DNA of 64,000 nucleotides, taken from positions 21,390,001 to 21,454,000 of the forward strand of contig OX597835.1 of NCBI GenBank assembly GCA_951406725.2, given 5' to 3'. The position numbers were made by a program, and so were the translations under genes. This document shows, in pieces, positions 44,590 to 59,250 of the stretch. The notes below the pieces were generated by a model. The model was not told the origin of the DNA. It saw only the letters and a program-made list of their open reading frames with translations, and searched no databases. Position 1 is the stretch's first letter; each line of letters opens with the position of its first letter. The stretch is from Octopus vulgaris. Lineage: Eukaryota.

Positions 44590-44982
44590 TTACCAACCAC
44601 ATGGTCCTGGGTTCAGTCTCACTGCGTGGCACCTTGGGCAAGTGTCTTCTGCTATAGCCTCGGGCCGACCAAAGCCTTGTGAGTGGATTTGGTAGACGGA
44701 AACTGGAAGAAGCCCGTCGTATAGGTATATATACATATGTGTGTGTGTGTGTTTGTGTGTGAGAGTGTGTGTGTGTGAGTATGTGTATGTGTGTATATAT
44801 GTTTGTGTGTCTGTGTTTGTCCCCCCCCCAATTCACTTCACAACCGATGCTGTTGTGTTCGGCAAAAGACATCGATAGAATAAGTCACAAAGAATAAGCT
44901 CTAGGATCGATTTGCTCGACTAAGTGCGGTGCCCCAGCATGGCCACAGTCAGATGACTGAAACAAATAAAAGAATAAAAGAA
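44590..44982 (+). mobile_element. SINE family B (5'-truncated), preceded by an opposite-strand B fragment at about 44470-44585
   Basis: Match to the family B body and tail. Confidence 0.85.
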
Positions 44983-44998
44983 TATATATATATATATA

Positions 44999-45153
44999 GG
45001 GAGAGTTTACGAAAAGAACAAGAGACGAAGACAGGTGGTGTACAAAACAAACAGATATATTAGTATAACGCTCAGGAATAGAAAAAGTCTTTTACGTTTC
45101 GAGCCTACGCTCTTCTACAGAAAGGGACGCAGAAAAAACAAGGAGAGAAACAA

Positions 45154-45157
<4 letters not shown>
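44999..45157 (-). mobile_element. PLE-terminus-like element with CUGUAGA hammerhead-like motif (45087-45128) in (TA)n
   Basis: ttt-CTGTAGA-a-gagc(gtag)gctc-GAA-acgt-A-aaa; (TA)n on both sides. Confidence 0.65.
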
Positions 45158-45198
<41 letters not shown>

Positions 45199-45207
45199 CA
45201 TACATAT

Positions 45208-45255
<48 letters not shown>

Positions 45256-45266
45256 TACATACATAT

Positions 45267-45307
<41 letters not shown>

Positions 45308-45459
45308 CGGGAAGCTTTATGAAAATAGACAAAACACCACCTGTCTTCGTCTCTTGTTCGTTTCGTAAACTCTCCCTATATATATATATATATATATATT
45401 CTTTTATTCTTTTATTTGTTTCAGTCATCTGACTGTGGCCATGTATGTATGTATATATG

Positions 45460-45530
<71 letters not shown>

Positions 45531-45711
45531 GAAAGAAGAGAGAGAGAGTGAGTGAGAAAATTATGTATGCTAGTAAATATGGTAAACAGTGAAGTAGCTA
45601 TATAGAAAACACGAAACTAAATAGACTGCAAGGTAACTGAACAGAGTAATGGATAAGCAATGATAGAAGAAGGCGGAGAGAATAGGCAATTACAAATTCA
45701 GAGGTGAGTAG

Positions 45712-45770
<59 letters not shown>

Positions 45771-46259
45771 TGATAAAGAAAGGATTGAGAGAATGAGAGA
45801 AAAAGAAAATTCGGTACATACGTACTTAAACGATGGGTGAATAAAATCACTTTAGATATAGAGGTCTAAATCTTCCTAGGTTTATTTATTCTTCAGCCTG
45901 AAACGAACGTCGATTACTGTGAAATAACGACACAAATGCGGAAATAATGCGTTTTTTTTGTTTGCTTTACGGTAATTTGAAATGAATTTAAGGCAAGCTG
46001 CAATCTGCTTAAGAGATGCAAGATTGCCCGATGGTTCGATGTGTTAAGCGACATCTGGTCAGCGTCAGAGCAAATTGAAAATCTGAAATTCGGTATAATT
46101 CACGGAGACTGGAAAATTGATTGTCGTTGGTTGTGAGAACATTTCCTATTATAGAAGCAGTTGACATCTATTCAGCAATATCATTACAACTTAATGGAGT
46201 CGAGGGACAGGTGCAAGGAAGCAAGGAAGACGTTATTAGGGTCATCAAAAAAGAGATAT

Positions 46260-46359
<100 letters not shown>

Positions 46360-46360
46360 G

Positions 46361-46450
<90 letters not shown>

Positions 46451-46456
46451 ATAGAA

Positions 46457-46491
46457 AACTTTCTTTACTTGCCACACAGGGCTGACTACAG

Positions 46492-46533
<42 letters not shown>

Positions 46534-46847
46534 GTTTCTTTATTGGCCACACAGGGCTGCACACAGATGGGACAAGTTACAAGGTAGAGCTTTTCTTTTG
46601 GGAGATGAAAAAAAACAAAAAACAAAAGAAAAAAAGGGGGTGGCGTAGGTTTTCGATCAAGAGGGATCGTAAAAGGGAAGAAAAGAACAAAAAAAAATAA
46701 ATAAATAGAATAAAAAAGAAAAAAATTAAAAGAAAGAAAGAAAGAAAAGGAAAGGGAACAAAAGAAAAGAGAAATGAAAAAGAAGAAAAAAGGGGGAAAA
46801 AGGGGAAGAGGAAAAAAACGATCAATAGGGATCGTAGACAGCCAGAC

Positions 46848-46923
<76 letters not shown>

Positions 46924-46927
46924 TGAT

Positions 46928-46986
<59 letters not shown>

Positions 46987-47127
46987 CAGATAGATCGATA
47001 TGTTTCTTTATTAGCCACACAGGGCTGAACAGACGGGTCAAATTACAAAGTAGAGCTTTTCTTTTTGGGGAGAAAAAAAAGTGGGGTAGGCTTTCGACCA
47101 AAAGGGATCGTAAAAAGGATAGGAAAA

Positions 47128-47130
<3 letters not shown>
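46457..47130 (-). mobile_element. Three 3'-end fragments of the (GATA)n-associated retroelement in one array
   Basis: Fragments 46457-46484, 46532-46835 and 47002-47130 all begin tttcttta(t/c)t..ccacacagggctg, share orientation and have different truncation points. Confidence 0.75.
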
Positions 47131-47169
<39 letters not shown>

Positions 47170-47316
47170 CTAGAGAATAAATATATGAAGACATTTAGAA
47201 ATACTTAGTGAGGGACACACATCACGCACATGCATGCATACATACAGACAGACATACATATATACATAGATACATACATACATACATACATACATACATA
47301 CATACATACATGCATG

Positions 47317-47322
47317 TTGCTG

Positions 47323-47354
<32 letters not shown>

Positions 47355-47483
47355 GGTGGTGGTGGTGGTCGTCGTCGTCGTCGTCATCGTCGTCGTCGTC
47401 GTCTTCGTCGTCGTCGTCGTTGTGGTCGTCGTCGTCGTCGTCGTCGTTGTCGTGGTCGTCGTCGTCGTTGTCGTCGTCGTGGC

Positions 47484-47514
<31 letters not shown>

Positions 47515-47570
47515 GTGGCGGTGGTGGTCGTGGTGGTGGTGGTCGTGGTGGTGGTAGTGGTGGTGGTGAT
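47317..47570. repeat. (GTT)n-(GGT)n-(GTC)n trinucleotide microsatellite
   Basis: Seen directly; produces poly-V and poly-R pseudo-ORFs. Confidence 0.95.
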
Positions 47571-47983
47571 AGTAATCAGTAGGTTGGGTGATGGTGATTG
47601 TGATGGTGATGCTGTTGTTGTCTATATACGTTGCAAAGATAGTTTCGTTTTCTTGATTTGCTACAGTAAGCTGTTCGGATAAGAAGCCCTTTATTCATAC
47701 CAGTTTTCTGTCATTTTCAGCCCGCAACCCTCAAGTAACATTCCAATTCACTCATTTACTTATACAACCATGCCTGGGTTCTGCACTTGTACTCTCTTTG
47801 TACTAGTTTGCTGCGTTCACACAAGAGATGGTGAATGTTTTCGTCTTCTTTTCCACAAATTCTGTATTTGCTCTCTGACTCAATTTTATCAGTCTCTATG
47901 TTCGATCTAATAGCATTTAATTAACGATTCAGTTTCACGTTACAGCTTTCGTTTGTTAGTTACAATCAATGTTCTTGATTACA

Positions 47984-48193
47984 GGTAAATTCACCGCTAT
48001 CAATTCACCGCAAGGAAAGTTCACTGCCATCATTTCACCGTGAAAGAAATTCAATGTGGAGAAAGATTACCGAGAAAATATCTCCAAAGTAACCCACCAT
48101 TAATATTCTGATACTTGTTTCAGTCGTTTGACTGAGGCCATGCTTGATGATGGAGAACTTTCCTTGCGGTGAATTGATGACGATGGACTTACC
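47984..48193. mobile_element. Foldback/Mutator-like MITE with sub-repeated TIRs
   Basis: ggtaaattcaccgctatcaattcaccgcaaggaaagttc is mirrored by gaactttccttgcggtgaattgatgacgatggacttacc; repeated ttcacc units. Confidence 0.6.
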
Positions 48194-48459
48194 GGAGGCA
48201 AAGGTTCTTTACTACCAGAATCCTCGATTTGTTGCATCAATTGACCATGTAATTTCCTCTTATTAGTCTTGTCGTTCGCCTGTCTGTTCTTGTATGAATT
48301 CTTCCACTGTTTCAGTGACTTTTGCAGTCTTTCAAGCCGCAGACGATATACTTTCTTCCCTATGCAAAACATTTCTTTTTCTTCTAACGCAATGTTGTAG
48401 TATGAATGGTATCTTCTGACAAAATACTCAATATGAATGGTATCTTCTGACAAAAAGCT

Positions 48460-49270
48460 CGGCGGTATTCCGTCTGTTTTTACATTCTGAGTTCAAATTC
48501 CACTGAAGTCAACTTTGCCTTTCATATTTTCGTGGTCGATAAAATAAGAACCATTTGAGTAATGGAGTCGATGTAATCGACTTACTCTCTTTTTCGAAAT
48601 TGCTGACCTTGTGCCAAAATTTGAAGCAGTTATTTGCTTAAGGTGGCGAGCTGGCAGAAACGTTAGCACGCCGGGCGAGATGCTTAGCGGTATTTCGTCT
48701 GCCACTACGTTCTGAGTTCAAATTCCGCCGAGGCCGACTTTGCCTTTCATCCTTTCGGGGTCGATTAAATAAGTACCAGTTACGCATTGGGGTCGATATA
48801 ATCGACTTAATCCGTTTATCTGTCCTTGTTTATCCCCTCTATTATTGTTAGCCCCTTGTGGGCAGTAAAGAAATAGCTATTTCATCTGCCGCTACGTTCT
48901 GAGTTCAAATTCCGCCGAGGCCGACTTAGCCTTTCATCCTTTCGGGGTCGATTAAATAAGTACCATTTACGCACCGGGGTCGATATAATCGACTTAATTA
49001 CCTATGTCTGTCCTTGTCTGTCCCCTGTGTGTGTAGCCCCTTGTGGGCGGTAAAGAAATAAGAAACGTTATCAAGCTGACTGGACAAAAGCTTAGGAGCA
49101 TTTCCTCCGTTTTCAAGTTCTGAGTTCAAATTCCGCCGAGGCCAGCTTTGCCTTCCCTCCTTTCGGGGTCGAAAAATAAGTACCAATTGAGCATTGTGGT
49201 CGATGTAATCGACGAGAGCCCCCCTCCTCTGAAATTCCAGGCCTTGTGCCTATTGTACAAAAGATTATTA
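48460..49270 (+). mobile_element. Cluster of family C SINEs including tandem dimer 48641-49061
   Basis: Four repeats of ctgagttcaaattcc...gcctt...gtcga. Confidence 0.88.
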
Positions 49271-49894
49271 TTGGTTTCGTTTCGTGAATATCTGTTTTCA
49301 CTGCAGTAAATAACGAAAGAAGTTAATTAATTTCAATGATTTCAAGAAAGAAAAATATTCTACAAAATTTGAAAAATATTCTATTATGACGTCATTTCAA
49401 TACTGATTGTTCAACAGAGAAAATTAAAGAAGGCAAAAAATATTATTTTCATTTCTTTGTATATTTCAACAGAATACTTTCACATTCATCTGTTATGACG
49501 TCATAATTTGTCGACTTCTTTTCTAAACACACGGTAGAATTTCACTTTTGTCTTCATATCTTCAATGCTTCAACAGACACAAACACTGGATTATAGATAG
49601 GCTTGTATATAATCAGTGTAGCAATGAAATGTTTCACTGACTGTAAGGTAGGTAAGCATTAAGTTTCTCCACACACAAACACACACAAACAAACATATAC
49701 GCACATATTTGTGGTAGTCTGTATCATTGATAACTAACTGCATTCACGCGGTTGGACTTTACATACATTAGTTTGGAGAAGGATTTTAGTTCCAAAGGAT
49801 TAGCTTAGGCATTTTTGCTTTTCTTTCTCCGTAAATATGTCCCAGGATAAAAACACATATAAACCGTAAAGTTGTCCTTTCTATTCATGTATGG

Positions 49895-50128
49895 CAGTGA
49901 TTCCCAAGGTGGGGCGTACGCCCCACTGGTGGGGCCTGAGAAAATTCAGGTGGGGCGCGGGGCATAGACGTGGGCTGTGAAAATATTTGTACATGACGAG
50001 CGGTCATCGCGGGTACAACCTTAGATTTACATGTACTTGTAAATGTGAGTGGACATGGGAAAAGGTGGGGCGTAAAAACTTTTGCTATGAAAAAGTGGGG
50101 CGCCGGGAAAAAAGGTTGGGAAACACTG
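49895..50128. mobile_element. hAT (Charlie-like) MITE
   Basis: TIRs cagtgattcccaa / ttgggaaacactg; perfect 8-bp TSD atgtatgg at 49887-49894 and 50129-50136. Confidence 0.92.
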
Positions 50129-50534
50129 ATGTATGGTATCCAATTGAATTTCAAAACTGCTATTCCCGACGTTACCGAAGCTGTGTCGTGCCCGTCAGAG
50201 ACAAATAAATGAATAAGGCCTCTCGCAACCTCATTTTGGCAGACGCGGGCAATTCCTTATTAACAACCAAAACAGAAAAAGGTGGAACGGTCATGAAACC
50301 CGTGAAAGTACGCTTATTCAACTAATGATACCGCCTGCAGAATATGGCTTCTCGATCCGATACTGGCTGCTGCTTTCATTTATATAATATTCTTTTCTAC
50401 TCTAGGCACAAGGCCCGAAATTTTGGTGGAGAGGGACAGTCGATTAGATCGACCCCAGCACGCAACTGGTACTAAATTTATCGACCCCGAATTTGATCTC
50501 GGCTGAATTTGATCAGTTATTTGATATCAAAAAC

Positions 50535-51170
50535 AGGCGATGAGCTGGCAGAATCGTTAGCACGCCGGGCGAAATGCTCAGCTGTATTTAGTCTGCCGTT
50601 ACGTTCTGAGTTCAAATTCCGCCGAGGTCGGCTTTGCCTTTCATCCTTTCGGGGTCGATAAATTAAGAACCAGTTACGCACTAGGGTCGATATAATCGAC
50701 TTAATCCGTTTGTCAAAGGCGGCGAGCTGGCAGAAACGTTAGCACGCCGACGAGATGCTTAGCAGTATTTCGTCTGCCGTTACGTTCTGAGTTCAAATTC
50801 CGCGGAGGTCGACTTTGACTTTCATCCTTTCGGGGTCGATTAAATAAGTACCACTTACGCACTGGGGTCGATATAATCGACTTAATCCGTTTGTCTATCC
50901 TTGTTTGTCCCCTCTGTGTGTAGCCCCTTGTGGGTAGTAAAGAAATAGGTATTTCGTCTGCCGCTACGTTCTGAGTTCAAATTCCGCCGAGGTCGACTTT
51001 GCCTTTCATCCTTTCAGGATCGAAAAATTAAGTACCACTTACGCACTGGGATCGATATAATCGACTTAATCCGTTTGTCTGTCCTTGTTTGTCCCCTCTG
51101 TGTTTAGCCACTTGTGGGTAGTAAAGAAATAGGTATTTCGTCCGTTTTTACTTTCTGAGTTCAAATTCCT
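50535..51170 (+). mobile_element. Tandem array of family C SINE units
   Basis: Two headed units followed by two headless units joined at aaagaaataggtatttcgtc; opposite-strand fragment at about 50390-50515. Confidence 0.9.
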
Positions 51171-52170
51171 AGGAGAACTTTCATTGTAATTTCAAATCAA
51201 AACTTCTCCGCTTATAATATGTTGGGTGTGCCACTGCCCTCCGAAACAACACAGACTAACGGCCTTCGGATGTCCAGCACCGATTTTAACGAGACTTGTC
51301 CTCCTTCCCCCTAAATAGTTAAGCAGTGGATAAGTTCCCTGTAACATATGGGAACTATGGAATTCTTCAGCACGTAGGGTTCTTTCTTGAAGGGATACCT
51401 CATGTCCCCTAACTGCCTGGCCTTGGTCAAAGAATTTATATCTAACCATATTTCTTAGAGGGCTTTTACCGTCTAGATATGTACTACAGCTTGTAGGCTT
51501 TGGGTTGTAGCAGACAGTGATAGAAGACCGTCTTCTACAGGCCAAAACTTCTACAGGGATTGCAAACTGTACTCTCCTCCCATTTTTTCTTCACAAGGTG
51601 TCAAGCAATCCTCCTTGTTTATGGAGAGCTAGAAGTATTGTGTTGATTTCTCTGCCACCCAAGCAAATAACTTTACCCTCGCGAAGTTACCCATACAGTC
51701 TTCACCGTTGTTCTTGTAATTTCTGCTGCTGTTGTTGTTGCTATGGCGATCGTTGTTGCCTTTTTATTAAGAACGTTTTCCCCTAACGTTGTTGCTACAG
51801 TTGCTGCTGCTACTGCTGTACCACTGGTATTGTTGTTGTTGTTCTTGTTCCTGTTCCTGTTCTTGTTGTCCTCGTGTAATTGTTTTCTTTAAGTAGGTCA
51901 AGCATCAGACATTTTTTCTTGCTACCTCCTCGTTTAATCCGTTAGTGAACGTCAACGATACCATATTGACAACTAAAAAGAACAAAAGACGATAGCAAAT
52001 AGAATATGACAAAAATTGTGAACTTTAGAACACGATTTAGCTGTCTGTCGCTTCACCCTGGTAAGTCCTTATTCAAAGATTTTAACAAAAAACTTACAAC
52101 AGAAAACATTGTTTTGAACAAAATACAAATAGAGGTTCAATACAAACGTTGATACTGCTATAATTAATAA

Positions 52171-52553
52171 TGGAAGCACTCCGTCGGTTACGACGATGAG
52201 GGTTCCGGTTTTTCCAATCAACGGAACAGCCTGCTCGTGAAATTAACGTGTAAGTGGCTGAGCACTCCACAGACACGTGTACCCTTAACGTAGTTCTCGG
52301 GGATATTCAGCATGACACAGAGAGTGACAAGGCCGGCCCTTTGAAATACAGGTACAACAGAAACAGGAAGTAAGAGTGAGAGTGAGTTGTGGTGAAAGAG
52401 TACAGCAGGGATCACTACCATCCCCTGCCGGAGCCTCGTAGAGCTTTTAGGTGTTTTCGCTCAATAAACACTCACAACGCCCGGTCTGGGAATCGAAACC
52501 GCGATCCTACGACCGCGAGTCCGCTGCCCTAACCACTGGGCCATTGCGCCTCC
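52171..52553 (-). mobile_element. SINE family A with 12-bp TSD
   Basis: ctataattaata on both flanks. Confidence 0.93.
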
Positions 52554-52906
52554 ACTATAATTAATACATGTTGATTTAATTAGTAAGAATGTTGCCTTGA
52601 GGTTTGATGATAATGTCTCCTCAAATCAAGAATCTTTCACAACATCCCCCACAGAACGGAATTTATATGAGAGATATGTATACATTCTTAGATAAATATG
52701 TGTGTGTATGTGTGTGTTCACATATGTATGTTTAGGCTGGTGGCAGAATTTATAGTGCTTCGGGATGTGGTGACAGAATGATATTGGTATTAATACGACG
52801 TTGGTGGTTTGGCAGACTATCTGGGCAATGCTTTATGGACTCGGAATATTGGCGGCGGACAGTTATCTGCTTAAATGCAATTGTTAAGAAAAACAAACAC
52901 ACAAAC

Positions 52907-53070
52907 AGGCGTAGGAGTGGCTGTTTGGTAAGTAGCTTGCTAACCAACCACATGGTTCCGGGTTCAGTCCCACTACGTGGCATCTTGGCCAAGTGTCTTC
53001 TGCTATAGCCCCGGGCCGACCAATGCCTTGTGAGTGGATTTGGTAGACGGAAACTGAAAGAAGCCTGTCG

Positions 53071-53103
<33 letters not shown>

Positions 53104-53328
53104 ATGTATGTTTTGTGTGTCTGTGTTTGTTCCCCTAGCATTGCTTGACAACCAATGCTGGTGTGTTTACGTCCCCGTCACTTAGCGATTCGGCAAAAGG
53201 AGACCGATAGAATAAGTACTGGGCTTACAAAAGAATAAGTCCCGGGGTCGAGTTGCTCGACTAAAGGCGGTGCTCCAGCATGGCCGCAGTCAAATGACTG
53301 AAACAAGTAAAAGAAAAAGAAAAGAAAA
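52907..53328 (+). mobile_element. SINE family B
   Basis: Full-length match. Confidence 0.92.
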
Positions 53329-53670
53329 ACAAATTGGCAAATTGACATTTCTTTCGCTAATTAACGGTAAACTGAAGCCCGAATTTTGCTGAAGAACTCT
53401 TCACGGAGAAATGGCGACAACCAAAAACATTGTTAGATACATGTTTTGCAGGGAATATTCAGACTAATTAGCCAAACTTCTTGTTAATGAGTAATTAATA
53501 ATTGTCAGGACATTTATATTCGTTAATTCAATTTGTTTTAATTTTTTATTTGTGTTTTGCTTTATTTCAACTTTATTTCAACATTCTCAGATTTTGAATT
53601 TCAGTTGCGCGTTTATTTTTTTCTATCATCATTCTATAATCTTCAACATTTTCATCATCACTACCACCAT

Positions 53671-53869
53671 TGTGGTTTCGATTCCTGTACCGGGCGACGC
53701 GTTGTGTTCTTGAGGAAAACACTTCATTTCACGTTGCTCTAGTCCACTCAGCTGGCAAAAATGAGTAACGCTGCGATGGACTTTCGTCCCGTCCAGCTGG
53801 GAAACGCATACGCCATAGAAACCGGGAAACCGGGCCCATGAGCTTGGCTAGGCTTTAAAAGGGCACATT

Positions 53870-53870
<1 letters not shown>
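53671..53870 (+). mobile_element. V-domain-like SINE fragment
   Basis: ctgcgatggact..cgtcccgtccag...gaaaccgggaaaccggg. Confidence 0.7.
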
Positions 53871-53913
<43 letters not shown>

Positions 53914-54164
53914 ATAAATTAGAGATAAAACCACCATTAGGCAAATCAAACAATGAAAAACATAAGCCAATAGATAAAATTAATTTAATTTATATTATTT
54001 TAAATATATATCAAAAGTATTAAAAGTTTAATAAAAGATAATGGTGGTTTTATCTCTAATCTATTAATCTATTATAATATAATATAATATATTTATACTA
54101 TAACATTGGATTTAATCCTAAATCTGATTTTTCCCTGTAAGTTTGGATTTATTCCCTAATATTT

Positions 54165-54244
<80 letters not shown>

Positions 54245-54521
54245 GATAAAGGAAACGAAAGGTGAATTTAGTATGTATCTTATTGGCTGGTATCAGGTAG
54301 CCCAAACAATGAATATGCTTTAATTAACATACTAATAGACATATACCCAAAGTCGAAATAGTTACGTGTGTGTGTGTTAGTAACCTTGTGTCTGTGTTTC
54401 TCTCTCCACCCCCGCTTGTCCCAGTAACTTAGCGGTTCGGCCAAAGATATCAATACATTCGACTAAAATCAAAAGGCGTGGCATCTTCCCGGCGTGCTAA
54501 CGCATTTGGCAGTTTGGCGCC

Positions 54522-54575
<54 letters not shown>

Positions 54576-54924
54576 CACACACATATTGCCATTGATCTAT
54601 CATAATCTGGTCATGTTTAGTCTTCCCTTATGTGAATACACAACTAATACTACAAGTTCAATAACAACAACAGGGAGTAGTCATTTTGGGTCACTAGAAA
54701 TAGTAGCCAAATTTCTCTGAAAACAAACTTAACGAACTCAAATTCACCCGTGGGTGAATGTAGTCTCTAGATTTGAGGGAAAAAAGCAAAAACGAATGGG
54801 TCATTGCCGGACATCTGGTTATAGTTGTGGCCAATCGGATATGATCTAGAGTTAGATAGCACCAAAAGAAATAATTAACGCGTGACGTGAACGAATAGGA
54901 GAGCTAGAATGTAGTCACATGATG

Positions 54925-55307
54925 TGGAAGCACTCCGTCGGTTACGACGATGAGGGTTCCGGTTGATCCGAATCAACGGAACAGCCTGCTCGTGAAATTA
55001 ACGTGTAAGTGGCTGAGCACTCCACAGACACGTGTACCCTTAACGTAGTTCTTGGGGATATTCAGCGTGACACAGAGAGTGACAAGGCCGGCCCTTTGAA
55101 ATACAGGTACAACAGAAACAGGAAGTAAGAGTGAGAGAAAGTTGTGGTGAAAGAGTACAGCAGGGATCACCACCATCCCCTGCCAGAGCCTCGTGGAGCT
55201 TTAGGTGTTTTCGCTCAATAAACACTCACAACGCCCGGTCTGGGAATCGAAACCGCGATCCTATGACCGCGAGTCCGCTGCCCTAACCACTGGGCCATTG
55301 CGCCTCC
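54925..55307 (-). mobile_element. SINE family A
   Basis: Full length; agt(c/t)acatgat repeated on the flanks. Confidence 0.93.
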
Positions 55308-55512
55308 ACAGTTACATGATATGATAGAAGGAGCAGCCAAATTTCCTTCAAATCATTCCTTTTTATAAAAGGACGGACACATAATGCAGTCTAGGATACA
55401 AAACAAAGCAAAGGAAAGTCATTGACAGAATGCTTTGTATCATACTTAGTCACAGGTAGGCGTGAGGTGGAGCTAATAGCAATTGTAACGACAACAACAG
55501 CCACTGCTACTA

Positions 55513-55547
<35 letters not shown>

Positions 55548-55820
55548 TCCGCCATTACTTCTACTGCAAAAGCAGGCAGTACGGGATACTATATTTTATT
55601 ATTTAGAAAGACATAATATGGAGAAATTAAAGCAATTTTATTACGAGCGACCAAATCACCCAAGAATTGAAACTAAACACTGGTGCCTTTAGTTCTCATT
55701 CTACCATCTTTTAACTCTTGTATAACGAGCTGAAAGATATATATTTACACACTATATGTGGTCTTTAAAGACTATGTGTAATGTCTCTCTCTCTCTATAT
55801 ATATATATATGATGTATGTT

Positions 55821-56050
55821 AGGCGGCGAGCTGGCAGAAACGTTAGCGCGCCGGACGAAATGCTTAGCGGTATTTCGTCTGTCGTTACGTTCTGAGTTCA
55901 AATTCCGCCGGGGTCGACTTTGCCTTTCATCCTCTCGGGGTCGATAAATAAAGTACCAGTTTCGCACTGGGTCGATATAATCGACTTAATTCCTTTGTCT
56001 GTCCTTGTTTGTCCCCTCTATGTTTAGCCCCTTGTGGGCAATAAAGAAAT
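55821..56050 (+). mobile_element. SINE family C
   Basis: Full length; tatatgatgtatgt repeated on the flanks. Confidence 0.9.
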
Positions 56051-56072
56051 ATGTATATGATGTATGTATGTG

Positions 56073-56116
<44 letters not shown>

Positions 56117-56475
56117 CACACATATATATTTCATTGTATGACTGCTTATGTTATATTCACTTACATTTACATATGACAATGTCTCAAATGTTAGATTATG
56201 TAAGTATATATATATATGTATGTATGTGTGTGTGTGTGTGTGTGTGTCTATACTCTCATACATACAGGCATACATACAACAGTGCGAAACAGGGAAGATA
56301 CACAGGCGCATACATAAATATGCCTATATTAGTATGGCGTGCTTTCATTGGCTAAAGTTATTAAAATTGTTTGTTTTTTATATCCTTTCTTATCGGTTTC
56401 GCATTGCTGGATAATATCTAGAACATAAGATTGATAAATAGATATGTAGATAGATAGATAGATGGATAGATAGAC

Positions 56476-56508
<33 letters not shown>

Positions 56509-56523
56509 TACAGACAGACAGAC

Positions 56524-56577
<54 letters not shown>

Positions 56578-56796
56578 GAAGGTAGGTAGGTAAGCAGGTA
56601 GATAGGTAGGTAGGTAGGTAGGTAGGTAGGTAGGTAGGTAGTAGGTATGTAGGTAGGTAGGTAGGTAGGTAGGTACGTACGTACGTAGGCAGGAAAGAAG
56701 GTAGGTAGGTGGAGATATAGACCGATATATATAGAGAGAGACACACAGTGGTAGTTAGACAGACAGACAGCTATATAGATAGAGAGAGAGAGAGAG

Positions 56797-56898
<102 letters not shown>

Positions 56899-57366
56899 GC
56901 AGACGTTTTGATTGATAATCTATAGTTTATGAGATAATGGATATCAAAATAGGCCACCATTTTTATTATTTGTAATCACGTGATACGTTCTGATCCAGAC
57001 ATTAAAAGCCCATATAAGTGCTGAAAATAAAAGGAAAGTGTAAATCTAAAGTAACAATAAACAAGACCTATTAAAATTTTGGTTTCTATCGATATTTATA
57101 GCGATAGCATTTCACTGGCGATACTAAACTGATGTATCAGTTCAACTACAACGGTAAGGCATACGTGTTGGTTTGTATTTATGTACATATGTATTTATGT
57201 GTGTGCGTGTGTAATGTATGTATTTGTGTGTGCGCCTTTGTGTATGCATATATACATATTTGTGTGTGAGTGTGTGCGTCTGTGTGTGTATCTGTCTATA
57301 TACGTATGTACTTATGTACGAATGTATGCATCATGTATGTATGTATATAACCAAATTCTTACCTAG

Positions 57367-57428
<62 letters not shown>

Positions 57429-57450
57429 ATGTGTTTGTGTGTATATGTAG

Positions 57451-57493
<43 letters not shown>

Positions 57494-57697
57494 GTATATA
57501 TGTAGTATATATATAGTATATATATATATGAATGTATGTATATATATTTATATATATAAACATTTATATATGTGTGTGTTTGTGCATGTGTGTGTATGAG
57601 TCTGTATATGTATGTACATATATATGTACATATATATATATATGTATCTATTTGTATATATGAGTGTGTACATATATCTGTGGGTGTACAGGCGTAC

Positions 57698-57744
<47 letters not shown>

Positions 57745-57909
57745 AATATGCATATACAGACATAGACATAAATAAATCTATATACCCAAACGCATATACA
57801 TAAACATGTATATACATATACATATGCACATATACACATATAAACATACGTATATACATATGTGTATACATATAATGATAATAATAATAATAATGATTAT
57901 CATTATTAA

Positions 57910-57964
<55 letters not shown>

Positions 57965-58481
57965 GACTGGTTGTCCAAAGTATTCAAAGACGCATTATAT
58001 AATCACAAACAACAAACCATATTCTTTATATATTTCCTTCTCTTTTTTTTTCGAGTTGATAGTTCATAGAATCGCGATAGAATGGGTTGGTTGTGTTATC
58101 ATTTTTGTGGCCAATACTTCCCTTTCACCATTCACAGATAGTATACCAAGAAAACTTCAATAGTCAGTAGTAAAACCTACTTCAAGAAAGGCGTTGCGAT
58201 TACTTGGCGTTGCGTAAATTATATTTATATAATATTTATGTATACATATATACATACACACACACACTCCTATATGTATGTATATACATATATACATACA
58301 CACACACACTCCTATATGTATGTATATACATATATAAACACACACATATATATATACTATATTTATATGTAATACATGATTATATGATATATACATATAT
58401 ATATATACATATATATACATATATATATACATACATACACATATATATACATATATAAATACATATATATATATATATATA

Positions 58482-58553
<72 letters not shown>

Positions 58554-58844
58554 TAAATACATACTTATATAAATACATACTTATATAAATATACACACAC
58601 ACACACATACACACACGCACACTTATAAACATAAATACTGCTTTGTAGTTTTTTTTTTTCACCGCCCACCGCTTTCGTCTCAAAAAAACATAGTTTGTGG
58701 GGTTCTTTTATGTGCGTTTATCTTTTCATAAGTTATATTCTTTGCTGGATACAAATTATCTCTATTATTATTGGTCGATAACATTTACGTTCATTATGAC
58801 GTCATATCATTTTGTGGCAACTACCATTACTTAACAGTAAAGGC

Positions 58845-58877
<33 letters not shown>

Positions 58878-58936
58878 TAGATAGATATAGATATAGATAT
58901 AGATATAGATATATAGATATACATATATATATATAC

Positions 58937-58992
<56 letters not shown>

Positions 58993-59015
58993 GTATATTT
59001 ATATATGTATACACA

Positions 59016-59046
<31 letters not shown>

Positions 59047-59153
59047 TTATATATGTATACACATATATATATATGTATATGTATATTTATATATGTATAC
59101 ATATATATATATATATATGTATATGTATATTTATATATGTATACACATATGTA

Positions 59154-59250
<97 letters not shown>

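Noticed and set aside
47208-47682. Arg/Gly-rich protamine-like ORF
   Set aside because: Translation of a (CGT)n/(GGT)n microsatellite.
48399-48455. Short tandem duplications (also 34232-34302, 34805-34900 and 58240-58330) and a diverged direct repeat at 9838-9946 / 10420-10557
   Set aside because: Two-copy local duplications with no further structure.
50535-51170. Regularly recurring repeats resembling a CRISPR array
   Set aside because: The units are tandem SINE copies without unique spacers; eukaryotic context and no cas genes.
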